Shown: positions 46,427 to 57,828, numbered from the whole stretch's first letter. The stretch is DNA of 63,391 nt, filler included, from Thraustochytrium aureum (GCA_012862495.1; 7 parts of 6 records of this genome joined end to end with filler, not necessarily neighbours in it), one strand, 5' to 3'. Program-made: numbers and translations. The notes: generated by a model not told the origin, from the sequence alone.

Positions 46427-47298
46427 TCAGGCACCCGTAAGCGGCGTCGGCGCCTCCTCGACGGCCACACCGAGGCAACAAGGACAGCCCGCAGTTCTTC
46501 GGCGCTTAAGCGCCGCGGCGCAGGTCTTGCAAAGCAAGCTCCCGCAGCATGCGGCCCGGGACATGCTGAGCGTTGTGCGGGAGCAGCCGGGGCAGGCCAT
46601 CCCAAATTGAACCGAAGGCTCGCCAGTCACTTGTTGCGGCACTGTGTTCGCGGGCTGCGCAGCTGGACGCACCTCGCCACCCACCCCGGGGGGGCACGCG
46701 CGTCGCCGGGCCCCACTAGTTGCGCAGGGGTTCGCCCGTCCGCGTTCGTGACGGCGGCCAGCGTCGGGTCCCTAGTCCCCAGTCCAACCAAGCCGCGCAG
46801 GCGAGCGAGCGAGCGGGCGCAGTTTTCTTCTCAACAGGCTCGAGCGCGCCGCCCACGGCACGCACGCCGCAAGAGCGAGAGCCAGCGAGCTCGCTCTGGC
46901 GCCAGAGTAGGGCGAGAGGAGCCAACTCACCTGGCAACCAACTCCTCGAGCACTCTCGCGTGCCCTTGGCGAGCCGCCTTGTGCGCCGCAAGGTCGGCTC
47001 GGCCCGCCGCAGTCCTGTCCACGATGCGGGGATCCGCGCCCTGGTCAAGCAGCATCTTGACAACGTCGAGGTGCCCCGAATAGCAGGCGCGGTGCAGCGG
47101 GGTGGCGCCGCAGTCTCGCGCGTTGACGTCGGCGCCAGCTTCCACAAGCGCGGTCGCGACCTCAAGGTGCCCGTGCTGCGCTGCCAAGTGCAGCGCGGTG
47201 TAGCCCCACGGGTCCTGTGCGCGAGCAGCCGCGCCGCCAGAGCTCGCAAGCTTGTCGCGCACCGTCCCAAGCGCGCCCCACTCCGCGGCGGTCAGCAT
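46427..47298 (-). CDS. Ankyrin-repeat protein (ANKRD39-like) with C-terminal Cys-rich RING-like finger; one intron, one frameshift; may be 5'-partial
   Basis: GYTALHLAAQHGH, GATPLHRACYSGH, HKAARQGH. After splicing: DPTLAAVTNADGRTPAQL, then CPGC...CCGSLLCKTC...CPCC. Confidence 0.7.
46772..46930 (-). other. Spliceosomal intron (159 nt)
   Basis: GTGAGT donor and ACTAG acceptor. Splicing removes the stop and continues the ankyrin pattern in frame (VAR-DPTL). Confidence 0.75.
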
Positions 47299-47331
47299 CG
47301 AGCAGCGAATGNNNNNNNNNNNNNNNNNNNN

Positions 47332-47411
47332 NNNNNNNNNNNNNNNNNNNNNNNNTTAATTAATTAANNNNNNNNNNNNNNNNNNNNNNNNNNNNNNNNN
47401 NNNNNNNNNNN
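47332..47411. other. Artificial scaffold-joining spacer
   Basis: TTAATTAATTAA at 47356-47367 within N runs. Confidence 0.97.
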
Positions 47412-48491
47412 CTGAGCAAGCACCGCTTGCCAGCCAAGGTGGTCTGGAAGGCGACCTCGAGCGCACGCTCCGCAAAAGTAGACGCAGCCAAACCCAGAAG
47501 CATGAGGGAAGATCTCGCAGGCCCCGAAGAGGCCCTCCATGCTGCGGTCGCCCTCCTCGTCGATCTCAACAAAGCTCTCGTGCAGGGCCGCCATCTCCGT
47601 TGCGCCGACGCCAAGGTCGGTCTCGAGCGTGTCGAGGTCGCTGCCGATAAAGTCGCTCAGCTCGTTCATAAAGCTCTGGCAGAACCGCTCCACCTCGGCC
47701 TCGGACTTGTAGGTGGGGTCAAAGTCGCTGCCGCCGCGCGAGCCCCCAAAGTCGTAGCCTGTGACCGCGTTCTTCAGTGTCTGCTCCCAGCCGAGCATGC
47801 GCACAGACCCGTGCGAGAGCTGCGGGTGGAACCGCAGCCCGCCGTGGTACGGGCCGAGCGCACTCGAGTACTGGATGCGGTACCCGCGGTTGATGCGCGC
47901 GTTGCCGTTGTCGTCGGTCCAGGGCACGCGGAAGGTGATGAGCCGCTCGGGCTCCATCAGCTGCTTGAAGACCCAGGCGAGCTTGGGCGCGCCCTCAAAC
48001 ATGACGGCCACGTCCTTGGACGCCTCTTGCACGCACTGCAGAAAGTCGATCTGGTACGGGTCGCGCCGGCGGACTTCGTCCACGAGCAGGTCGGCGGCCT
48101 CTTGCCCGGAGGAAAACGTCAGGTTCTTCCCCGCGCGGCGGAACAGCGGCCTCTTCCGCCACGTGGTCACCTGCTCGCGCGTACGGTAGCTCCCGTGCAC
48201 ATCCCCGATAATCAGGCTCTGTTTCACCTTGGCCTTCGCGGCCTTCTCCTTCTCCTCCTGGCCGATGCTCTGCCCGCGGCTCAGCGCCACGCCGCTGTTG
48301 ATCGAGTGCGCCTTCTTCAGCACATGAAACTCCCTGGACTCGTCATCCTCCCCGGTCTGCGAAGGCGTGCTGCCGCCGCTCAGCGCCATCCAGGGCGCGC
48401 CGCCGCCGCCGAGCGCCGCCGCGACGCGGACGTGGCCGAATCGCGCAGGGCCTTGCCCAAGCCGGCCCAAGCCGCCAAGAGACAGCATCAT
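47412..48491 (-). CDS. NADP-glutamate-dehydrogenase-like protein with putative mitochondrial transit peptide, degenerate active site; 3'-truncated by scaffold end
   Basis: RRDPYQIDFLQCV, EPERLITFRVPWTDD, NRGYRIQYSSALGPY.GGLRFHP, GGSDFDP, DLGVG, GFGCVYF. Arg/Gly/Ala-rich N-terminus. Confidence 0.85.
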
Positions 48492-48634
48492 CGTGGACAC
48501 GACCCACCAAACGCGCCGAAACTCCTTCGCCCCTTGCTCCCGCTCCCGCAGCCCGCAGCGCGCTGCCTTTCCCGCCTCGATGCGCGTCTGCTCGTCCCGC
48601 GAATCCTCCGTGCACCGCGGCCCACACCTGCCCA

Positions 48635-49142
48635 CGTCACAGGGGCGGCAAACGTGACGTGACTGCGCGTCTGGCCGCGGGCAGCAGGGCGCGTGACGGC
48701 GGCTCCTTGCGTTACGAGCTGAGTGGGCAACTACGTCGGGAGCGGGACGGTGACTCGATGAGACCGGGAGGCTCTCCGACCGGAGGGTCTCGTCACGGAG
48801 CAGGCTTGCTCGTCACTAGTTGCGATGTGGGCGCCGCGTCACCAGGGGGGAGGTGAGACGTCACTGCGCTTCGTCTTGCGTCGATCGTGTTGGGTAGCGC
48901 GTCACAATCCAGGCCCGTCTCGTCGTCGCTGGCCCCCACGTCACACTGCGCCTCACATCGTCACACCTCGAACCCCTCTCACGTCATGGCGACACCTCAA
49001 CTCGTCACGCCGGAATCGCACCGCGTGACCCCCGCGTCACCTCCCCCTCACCGCTCGTCACCTCAACCACTCTGCCCCCCTCGCCACGTCCACCCCACCA
49101 CCCGACCGCACTTCCCCGTCACCCCCTCCCCCATCCCGTCAC
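48635..49142. promoter_or_regulatory. Dense cluster of CGTCAC/GTGACG motifs (putative regulatory array or degenerate minisatellite)
   Basis: 13 CGTCAC on + and 2 on - within about 510 nt, between the divergent GDH-like and sugar-porter genes. Function is inferred. Confidence 0.5.
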
Positions 49143-49871
49143 CTCCCCCGTCTCCACAACAAACACCACAACGCAAACACAGATCCCCAAGCACGTCCTC
49201 CCTCNNNNNNNNNNNNNNNNNNNNNNNNNNNNNNNNNNNNNNNNNNNNNNNNNNNNNNNNNNNNNNNNNNNNNNNNNNNNNNNNNNNNNNNNNNNNNNNN
49301 NNNNNNNNNNNNNNNNNNNNNNNNNNNNNNNNNNNNNNNNNNNNNNNNNNNNNNNNNNNNNNNNNNNNNNNNNNNNNNNNNNNNNNNNNNNNNNNNNNNN
49401 NNNNNNNNNNNNNNNNNNNNNNNNNNNNNNNNNNNNNNNNNNNNNNNNNNNNNNNNNNNNNNNNNNNNNNNNNNNNNNNNNNNNNNNNNNNNNNNNNNNN
49501 NNNNNNNNNNNNNNNNNNNNNNNNNNNNNNNNNNNNNNNNNNNNNNNNNNNNNNNNNNNNNNNNNNNNNNNNNNNNNNNNNNNNNNNNNNNNNNNNNNNN
49601 NNNNNNNNNNNNNNNNNNNNNNNNNNNNNNNNNNNNNNNNNNNNNNNNNNNNNNNNNNNNNNNNNNNNNNNNNNNNNNNNNNNNNNNNNNNNNNNNNNNN
49701 NNNNNNNNNNNNNNNNNNNNNNNNNNNNNNNNNNNNNNNNNNNNNNNNNNNNNNNNNNNNNNNNNNNNNNNNNNNNNNNNNNNNNNNNNNNNNNNNNNNN
49801 NNNNNNNNNNNNNNNNNNNNNNNNNNNNNNNNNNNNNNNNNNNNNGCTTGCTGGCGAGGGCGGTGGCCGAG

Positions 49872-51289
49872 ATGGCGGATGACGCGGCGCTGCTTGGCGC
49901 GGCGAGCTCGACGGTTGACCGAGGTGCGTGGTGGCGTGCATCGGGATGATTGCGTTCTCGGGAGGCGCGGTGTACGGGTCGAATGTGGCGGCGAGCGCGT
50001 ACCTGGGCGGCGTGAAGGACGAGTTTGCGCTCACGCACGCCGGGGAGCAGCTGGTGAGCTCGGCGGCGACCGTGACGGATGCTGCGTCCATGTTGATTGT
50101 CGGCGCGCTCTTTCTGGATCAGTGGGGTCGGCGGAACACGGTCGTGATCGGAGCCGTGTTCAACGTCCTGGGCTGCCTTCTCGGCGCGCTGTCCGGAAGT
50201 TTGGTGATGCTCGTGCTCGGGCGCTTTGTTCAGGGCGTTGGGAACGGGGTGTGCATGCTTGCCGTGCCGATGCTCGTCGCCGAGACCGCGCCCGCGAAAT
50301 ACCGCGAACTTCTCGTCTCCCTCTTTCAGGTCGGCGTGGTGTGCGGGTTTTCGATGCCTTTCGCGGTCCAGCTGGGTTGGGGATCCTGGCAGCTCACCGT
50401 TCTCGCTGGCGCGATGCCGGGCGTGTCGCTCCTTTTGCTGCTGGGCTCGATCTGGAGCCGCGCCGAGAGCAGGTCGTGGCTTGCAGCGCAGGGCCAGGCC
50501 ACCGGTGCCGTCTTTCCCGAGCAGAGTGCGGTCGCTATTCGGGTGGAGCAAGTCGCCGCTGCTGACGAAGCGCGCCCCTTGCGAGGCGACGCGGGCGACT
50601 CCGCAGCGGAGCGAGGCAGAGGCGATCTAGCGCCGCAGCTTCCGCAAGAGCAAGCCCACGACGACGCCAAGGACGAGCTCGTTTCCTTCAAAATGGGCGC
50701 CTTGCTGGCGGTCGTCATGGCATTTACAAACAACTCGTCTGACGCGATCATTTTCTACGGACCCAACATAATGCAGGATGCCGGGATCGGGACAGAGTCT
50801 TCTCTGTGGACGGCGCTTGGCATCTCGCTGATCAACATCCCAGCTGCGGTGCTCGTGCTGGCGGTGATCAACCGGTTTCCGCGCCGCACGATGCTGCTCT
50901 GTGGTTTGGGCGCCATTGTGGTTTGCTACGTGGCGATCGGCTGTGCGTTCTTGTCAGGCGGCGAGCGCAACAGCGCGCTCATCGTCGCGGCGTTTCTGGT
51001 CCTCATGGTGGCCTACCAGCTTGGCCCGGGAACGCTCTTCGTGGTCATCCTCCCCGAGCTCTTTTTGCAACGGCGACGGGCGCGCGGGATGGCCATTGGC
51101 ACGGTGGCCATGTCTGTCTTTAGCATCCTTTGCAACGGGACCATGCTGACAACCATCAACCTGCTCACGCCAGCTGGGACGTTTCTCCTCTACTCGGTGC
51201 TTTACGGCGCGTGCTTTGCCTTTATTCACCGTGCATTGCCAGAAAGCAAGCAGGTCTGCATCGTCGCAGACTCCACGTCGCCGTTCTGA
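49872..51289 (+). CDS. MFS sugar porter family transporter (frameshift near 49925)
   Basis: DQWGRR, LGRFVQGVG, VAETAPAKYRE, INRFPRR, PELF...RARG, LPESK motifs; about 12 TM segments. Confidence 0.9.
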
Positions 51290-51859
51290 GCAACCAAAAC
51301 CAGGGCCACGGCCGAGACCAAGCAAAGTAGGACAGCAAAGGTCTGCAGACCTGTTTCCTTCGCTCTCTCGCGCGAGAGGTGGTGGCACGCGCGACTTGCG
51401 CGAGCGCTTCCAACCAAGCTTCGGCCCTCCGGCAATCAATCCACCCAGCTGCCTGTCTATTCACGCACGCAGCGCAGGGCGCCTGCGCGCGCCGCGGTTT
51501 GCTGCTGCTCGCATCGGCGGCCCGAGCGGCGTTGCGTGCGAAGCTGAACTGGTGCTGCCTCGTTGAAACTGTACAATCATAAGCTCGAAAGTGTCTGCGC
51601 TCGCTGCATCTCCCTCCCCGGTCACCCAGCAGCAGCAGCGGCGGCGGCGGCGGCGAGGGCTTTGCGTTTGCAGCGAGCGCAGCCGCCTCTTGCCGCGTTC
51701 CGCGTCGCTGACCGGCGGCCAGCGAGCTGTCCGTCCATCTGATCGTGCGCGCAAAGCAACATTTCAGGCGGCGTGACGGGTGGTCGCGGACGCTGACTCG
51801 CCAGCCTTTGCCAGTGCTTAATCGCGCTGCTAGTGCCCGGACGCAGACTGCTGGGCGCC

Positions 51860-52948
51860 ATGGAGGGCGAGCCGTCGTCTGGAGCTGCTGAAATGACGCT
51901 CGACAGTGCCGAGGGCCGCGGAGAGGTCCAAGATGGGGCTGGAAGCGCCCAAGGCGCGAACGGCGCAAGCGGTCCCGCCGGGGGCGATCTGGACGCACGC
52001 CCGAGCAAAAGGACTGCGCCAGAGGACGGCAGCGGCAAGCTCAAACCGTTTCCGAAGTGGTACCAGCAGCGTCGAGCGCCAACGTCCAAGGCGCAAAAAG
52101 CAACGCTTGCGAACGTGTGGCCAAAGTTCGGCAAGTCAGAGCAAACAAAAACGCTCGTGTACGGGCAAGCTGTGGACTTTGATGCCTGGTTCGGCGCTCC
52201 AAAGGAGCCCCCACCCTCTGCGCCTCCTGCGCCTCCTGCGCCCCATGCGCCAACGCTCAAGCAGCCCAGGCGCTGGTTGGACATTGGCTTTGGAACAGGC
52301 GAGTCATTGATTGAGCTCGCGAGCGCCCATCGAACCGATCAATTCGTTGGTTGCGAGATTTACAGGACAGGCCACGCTATCGTAGCAAATGCATGCGAGG
52401 AGCTCGGTATCTCCAACATCCGCCTCGTCGGCGGCGACGCGCGCAAGTTCCTCGCCCGTCAGTGCCCAAACGCAGCCTTTGACGTGGTCAGCGTCTTCTT
52501 CCCCGACCCATTCAGGCACGAGAATGCGGCGGATGGCCTCCGCATCTTCGATGCAACCTTTGTCCGCATGATAACGCCGAAAGTCCGTGGCAGCGCTCCG
52601 GAGCTCCACTTCGCTTGTGATGTAGGCCACTATGTTCTCGCAGTGCTCAAGCTCATGTCCGAGGAGGGTCGGGCTGCTGGCTGGCGCTGCGCCGGGGTCT
52701 GGCGCAGCGCCGGGCCGGGCCTGGCCCACCACGAGGCCGACCTGCACGAGCAAGAGGAAAGACACTCTGCGGTGATTCTTGCGAGCATACCAGACGGCGT
52801 GCCTGTTGCTTTGGAAAGGGCCGCATGGAGGCCGTTGACGCACTTTGAGCGCATTGCCATCGAAGAGGGCCGGTATGTATGGGACGTGTGCTTTACGCGG
52901 CAAGCGCAAGTCGCCGTCGGCACAGGAGCAATCTCGCAGTTTGCCTAA
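51860..52948 (+). CDS. trmB: tRNA (guanine-N7)-methyltransferase, bacterial TrmB-like
   Basis: LDIGFGTG SAM motif, FVGCEIY, NIRLVGGDA, FFPDPF, LHFACD, LTHFERIAIEEGR. Confidence 0.8.
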   Translation: MEGEPSSGAAEMTLDSAEGRGEVQDGAGSAQGANGASGPAGGDLDARPSKRTAPEDGSGKLKPFPKWYQQRRAPTSKAQKATLANVWPKFGKSEQTKTLVYGQAVDFDAWFGAPKEPPPSAPPAPPAPHAPTLKQPRRWLDIGFGTGESLIELASAHRTDQFVGCEIYRTGHAIVANACEELGISNIRLVGGDARKFLARQCPNAAFDVVSVFFPDPFRHENAADGLRIFDATFVRMITPKVRGSAPELHFACDVGHYVLAVLKLMSEEGRAAGWRCAGVWRSAGPGLAHHEADLHEQEERHSAVILASIPDGVPVALERAAWRPLTHFERIAIEEGRYVWDVCFTRQAQVAVGTGAISQFA

Positions 52949-53081
52949 AAACGCGCTCGCCAGTTCCCTCGCAGGCGTTGGCGGAGCGCCTCCCAGGTCT
53001 CTGTAAATAGATTTGTCGTGAACAACGCACGCCTTCCCGGGCCGGCTTTTAGTAAAGCTCTTGCTGCTGGCGGACGCGCCC

Positions 53082-53978
53082 CTACTGCGTTTGCTTGCGC
53101 TGCAACTGCCAGGCGTCCAAGGCAGCCCGCATCTTTCCATTGAGCCGCACAATTGGCCGCTTCGCCTGCACGATCTGAAGCGCTTGCTCGTAGTCTTCGG
53201 CCGCCCCTGCAAGCACAAGTGCGGCGCACAAGACAGTTGTGCTCCTGCCGATCCCGGAGGCGCAGTGGCAAAGCGTGGGGCCTTCCTTGGCGCCCTGGAC
53301 GATTTTGCGCGCTGCGAGATCAATGTCGTCGACGCTGGGCGGGTTGCCGTCCCACACAGCGATATTGACATACTCGTCGCTTTGGCCGCGCTCGGGGAAT
53401 TCTGTGGTGAGGTCGACAATCATTCGCCACCGCGGGACACCAACCACCCAGTCTGAAAACCAGCCGCCGATGTACATGTTCGGGGCGACCTCGTTCGCGT
53501 CGTCGATGTGGCGCCGAAACAGAAGCCGCTTCGAGTAAATCGCCGCCAAGTTGATTGCATGAAAGGGCCAGAACAGCACGTAGGACCACACCGGCACCTT
53601 CCCGGTGCGCGTCGACTTGCCAATCACCTTGTCTCCTCGTCGCAGAACAACAAGCTGGCCAGCCCGAGCAGCAGCACGGTCGCGTACAGGCCAGCGATGC
53701 GACGGCCGACCCGCCGCGCACCGCAGTCCNNNNNNNNNNNNNNNNNNNNNNNNNNNNNNNNNNNNNNNNNNNNNNNNNNNNNNNNNNNNNNNNNNNNNNN
53801 NNNNNNNNNNNNNNNNNNNNNNNNNNNNNNNNNNNNNNNNNNNNNNNNNNNNNNNNNNNNNNNNNNNNNNNNNNNNNNNNNNNNNNNNNNNNNNNNNNNN
53901 NNNNNNNNNNNNNNNNNNNNNNNNNNNNNNNNNNNNNNNNNNNNNNNNNNNNNNNNNNNNNNNNGTGAACACGGCCAT
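53082..53978 (-). CDS. Dual-specificity phosphatase-family protein with N-terminal TM segments (gap 53730-53963)
   Basis: EVAPNMYIGGW, IVDLTTEFPE, VWDG, HCASGIGRS (HCX5R), KRPIVRLN. Confidence 0.85.
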   Translation of the reverse strand: MAVFXXXXXXXXXXXXXXXXXXXXXXXXXXXXXXXXXXXXXXXXXXXXXXXXXXXXXXXXXXXXXXXXXXXXXXXXXXXXXXXGLRCAAGRPSHRWPVRDRAAARAGQLVVLRRGDKVIGKSTRTGKVPVWSYVLFWPFHAINLAAIYSKRLLFRRHIDDANEVAPNMYIGGWFSDWVVGVPRWRMIVDLTTEFPERGQSDEYVNIAVWDGNPPSVDDIDLAARKIVQGAKEGPTLCHCASGIGRSTTVLCAALVLAGAAEDYEQALQIVQAKRPIVRLNGKMRAALDAWQLQRKQTQ

Positions 53979-54317
53979 CTCTCCCTCCCGCGCGCGCGCC
54001 GAGCGCCGCGGAACAGACGCGGCCGCTTCTCTGCCTGCGCGAGCGCCTGCAGGAGACGCGCGCCGCCAGCGCAGACGCAGAGCGCTGGAGCGTCAAAGGC
54101 CGCGCTTCGAGACTGCACACTTTCGGCAGTGGTGTACACGAGTACGAAGTACGACGTGAAGAAAAGTCAAGGTCGAGGTTTATGTTACCGTTCGCACGTC
54201 CACGTTCTTGAGCGTGCGAGCGTGGGCAGCTGCCGCTGGCTTGGCACGAGGCAGGCAGGCCAAAGGCGTGCTTCCCTGGCGCCGCGTCGTCGGCCGGGTT
54301 AAATGTCCAGGTCATCG

Positions 54318-55276
54318 TCACTCCAGCCGTCGCCTTCCGCCTCGCCGGGATCGGCTTCGCTTTCGTCCGCTAACGCGCGAGTCCAGAACGGCTGCGCGAA
54401 CGCCATCGAGCTGGTTCGGGTTGATTGCGTTGGCAGCGTCGGCTTGGTTGCTGCTGCTCAACGTGGCTGGTGACTCGTGCCCGCCCTCCTGGTTGGAGCC
54501 TGTCGAAAGGTGCACGTCGGACTGATTCCCCAGCGATTCCTGCGGCTCGCGAGCTTCAGATTGGTTTGTCGACGGAGCCACATCACTGCCCAGCTCCTGG
54601 TTCGCAGAAGGAAGAAGCTCTTGGTTTCGAGGCGGCTGTGCGGCGCCCTGATCGGCTCCTTCGGCCGGGCCTAAATCGACTTCGCCAGAAGCATTTTGAG
54701 CGGACGCTTGCCCAAGAATGGCACCCGTCGCAGAGCCAATGTGAGCAGCGTCATAGGCGTTGGCGACTACCTCGGTAGTTTCTACGGGTGCTGCAGGCGA
54801 GGTGTCCGTGTTGGCGTCATCAAGCTCTTCGTCGCGTGGCCAGCCTTCGCCAGAGGTGCCCATCGGGGCTGAGCGGCTCTCCTCGCCACCATCGCTGGCG
54901 TCTGTGGTGAGCGCGGGTTCGATCCGCTGCTCTGGCGCGTCTTCGCCAACATCAAGGTCATCGTCGCCGTCAGCAACTGAAACAGGCTGCGCTGCTCGTG
55001 GGGCTTTTGACTCCAGCTTGTCAAGCACCACTCCTTCGCGTTCGGCCTCGTCAAGGGCTCCCCTCAGCACTCGCGAGTCGATCACCTGGTTGCCATCAAA
55101 GCTATCGTCTGTATCCCGCGCATTGTTCGAATCAACCGCACCTTGCCCCATGCAACGACCTGAGTCTGCGTCGCCACGGTCGGCCACCGTTGATTGAGCA
55201 GCATCTTGAACGCTTGCTTCAATAGTTTCACCTTGCTCCTGGCCTTTGACTTCCGGCGAATCAATGTCTTCCTCCA
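54318..55276 (-). CDS. Acidic low-complexity protein fragment, 5'-partial
   Basis: Frame open from the scaffold edge (EEDIDSPEVK...) to a basic C-terminus RKRSRSRR. No domain recognised. Confidence 0.5.
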
Positions 55277-55376
55277 NNNNNNNNNNNNNNNNNNNNNNNN
55301 NNNNNNNNNNNNNNNNNNNNTTAATTAATTAANNNNNNNNNNNNNNNNNNNNNNNNNNNNNNNNNNNNNNNNNNNN
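55277..55376. other. Artificial scaffold-joining spacer
   Basis: TTAATTAATTAA at 55321-55332 within N runs. Confidence 0.97.
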
Positions 55377-55750
55377 GGCGGCTTTTGAAACATGACTTTC
55401 TGGCCCGGTTGAGCCCGGTTTGGTGGGCCGCGGTCTACCGAGCGGCAGTTGTTTGCCGTCGGGAGGGTGCCGCCCAGTGGGGCGTTGAGTCTCCAGGATT
55501 CACCGCGCTAACCGTGACCTCTATCCCGTGCCTTGGCAAGAAACAAAGTTCGCAGGAGTATTTTGCAACTCGCGAGACAGCCTTCCGGAATTCCAGGACC
55601 TTGCGCACTCGTTGCTCGAGTGCATACCGCGGTAGGCACGGGTGCCATCGCAGATCATCAGAGGCAGAACGTGCCATCGCTCATCAGGCGAGAGTGTGGC
55701 GAGAAACTGAAAATGGAGCATTAGCTTGCTTTTTAGACACTTGTTGACCA

Positions 55751-57690
55751 TCAGCGAGTCTCGTCGCCTTCATCGTTGGAAAACGTCTCATCGCCGTCAT
55801 CATCAGCACCGCTCCGTGCCGTCCCCGAGCCGCTCGGAGCGTCCTTGGCCTGGCGCTTTTCGGCGAGCCTCTGTGCTTTAGCGCGCGTCTTGGTAATCTG
55901 CTGCTGCAAGAACGCCAATGTGGCAAGCGTGGCAAAGTCTTGCACGGAAGCTATGTCAGACGGCGTGAAGGGGTCGCCGGCGATTCGCCCATTTGGCGAG
56001 AGCTTGTTGGCAACGACCACGACCGCAACGACCTTGTCGCGCATTAAGATTGGGTAGACAACCAGGTTGCGCACGCCGTTGCTGCCGATGCCGTCTACAA
56101 GCGCGTCGAAACGCATGTCGCCCTCCACATCATTCACAACCTGCATGCTCTTCTCCTCGATGACGGCGCCCACGATGCCCGTGTCCTTTGGGAACCGGCC
56201 CGTCCACAATCGCGACCCAGAAGGCCCCGAGCGCCGCGCGGCCGAAGAGCGCTCGCGGTACGAAAGCAGCTCGTGGTTTTTTTGGCCACGACATAAACCT
56301 CGGAGCGCTCAGCGCCGATGACGAGTCGCAGCCGAGACTTGATCACCTGGACCAAGTTTTCGAATTTCGCATCAACCAGCATGCCCTTGACAAAGTCGAT
56401 CGAGGCGTCGAACCGCTGGCGGCTCTTTCGAGCAGCCGACTTGTGCTCGACCTGAGCCGACCTCAGCTTTTCCTTGTGCTCGTCCTGCACCTTTTGTGCT
56501 GCAGCAAGCTGGTCTCGCGCGGCGGCGAGGACGCCCTCTGTCTCCTTGAGGTTTGCCTCGGCAATATGCAGGTCGCGCTGGGCCTGGAGCATGTGCTCCT
56601 TAAGCCGCGCTTTGTCGGCAGCCTCAGCCGCGAGGTCCTCTTCGAGCTGCGCGACGCGCTCGCGAAGGAGGACCGTCTCCCGGTCGGAGCCAGCGGCAGG
56701 CGGCAATTTGATGCTTGGCGCGCGCTGGAGCGCCTGCACACTCGAGCTGGGCCGGGCCAGCGACGGCGGTGGGGGGTTCATGCGTGGTTGCGTGCTCGCG
56801 CGCTCAAGTTGCGGCGGGGGGGCTTCTGGAGTGCGGCGCACAGGTGATGTGTTTTGGCGGTGCATTGGCGGCGGCCCGCGCTGCGACAAAACTGTGGGCG
56901 CCTCCAGGAAGCCTTCTTGGTCTTCCTCCGAGGCCTCTTCCAGCTGAAGGCCTGTGCTCGGCTTTGCGATTGGCGCGAGATGCGACTGCGACCGAGACCG
57001 AGCTCTGTCCAATAGCGCGCCCGGCGGCGGGCCGCGAGGGGGCGGCGGCTTGTGCACCGGGGGCGCCCCCATCGACCTTCGTTGCTGCGTCATACTTGGG
57101 TGGCGCTGGCCCGTCTCTGACAGCAGGCTATCGGTCCCGCGCCGCTCCATCGGTGGTGGAGCCTGCTGGCGCGGGCCTGCGTTGTGTGGCCCTTGGCCCG
57201 GCGCTGCCCCCCCACGGAGCTGCTGCGTAGTGCGTACCAGCTCGTGAGCCGCGGCGATCGCCCGCTCCAGCTCGCGAACCTTGGCGTTCGGTACCGGAAC
57301 AGCCGCCTCGCCGCCATCTTCTGGTGCGCCACCGTCGTTAACGCCCCCTGCTGCATACTGGTGCTGGATGCCAGAGTCTTGGCGGTTCAGCGACGCCCCA
57401 GTTGGCGGCGGCGGGACGACCATTCGCTGCGACGGAGCGCGTACAAACTTGCGCGAGCCATCGTCTGACTTGCGCCGCTCTGAAAGCGTCATTTGGTCCT
57501 TCATTATCGAGAGGACGAGCTCTGGCGCAGCGTCCAGGTTGTTGCGGATCCGCGCGTTCTCGAGCCTTTTAAAGTGCTGGTACGCTTCCTTCACGGGCGT
57601 CTCCCCCAGCGAGACGCGCGTCCGAGCCAGAAGCTCTTCAAACCCGCGGAGGTTGACCCCGCCTCCGATTGACCGCGTCGAGCTGCCCAT
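55751..57690 (-). CDS. Pro-rich, coiled-coil protein with C-terminal GAF domain (frameshift in the A7 run near 56280)
   Basis: IGAERSEVYVV...RFPKDTGIVGAV...VNDVEGDMRFDALVD...RNLVVYPI...VVVVANK...FTPSD is the PDE-type GAF NKFDE pattern. Confidence 0.75.
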
Positions 57691-57728
57691 CCTTTGCAGC
57701 TGCCCAGGCGGCGGCGCCCTCGCTGCGG

Positions 57729-57828
57729 NNNNNNNNNNNNNNNNNNNNNNNNNNNNNNNNNNNNNNNNNNNNTTAATTAATTAANNNNNNNNNNNNNNNN
57801 NNNNNNNNNNNNNNNNNNNNNNNNNNNN
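57729..57828. other. Artificial scaffold-joining spacer
   Basis: TTAATTAATTAA at 57773-57784 within N runs. Confidence 0.97.

Noticed and set aside
51860..53730. Bacterial contamination or an HGT island (TrmB-like and DSP genes)
   Set aside because: Composition matches the neighbours, the N-terminus has a eukaryote-style low-complexity extension, and there is no operon or RBS evidence; phylogeny would be needed to claim HGT.
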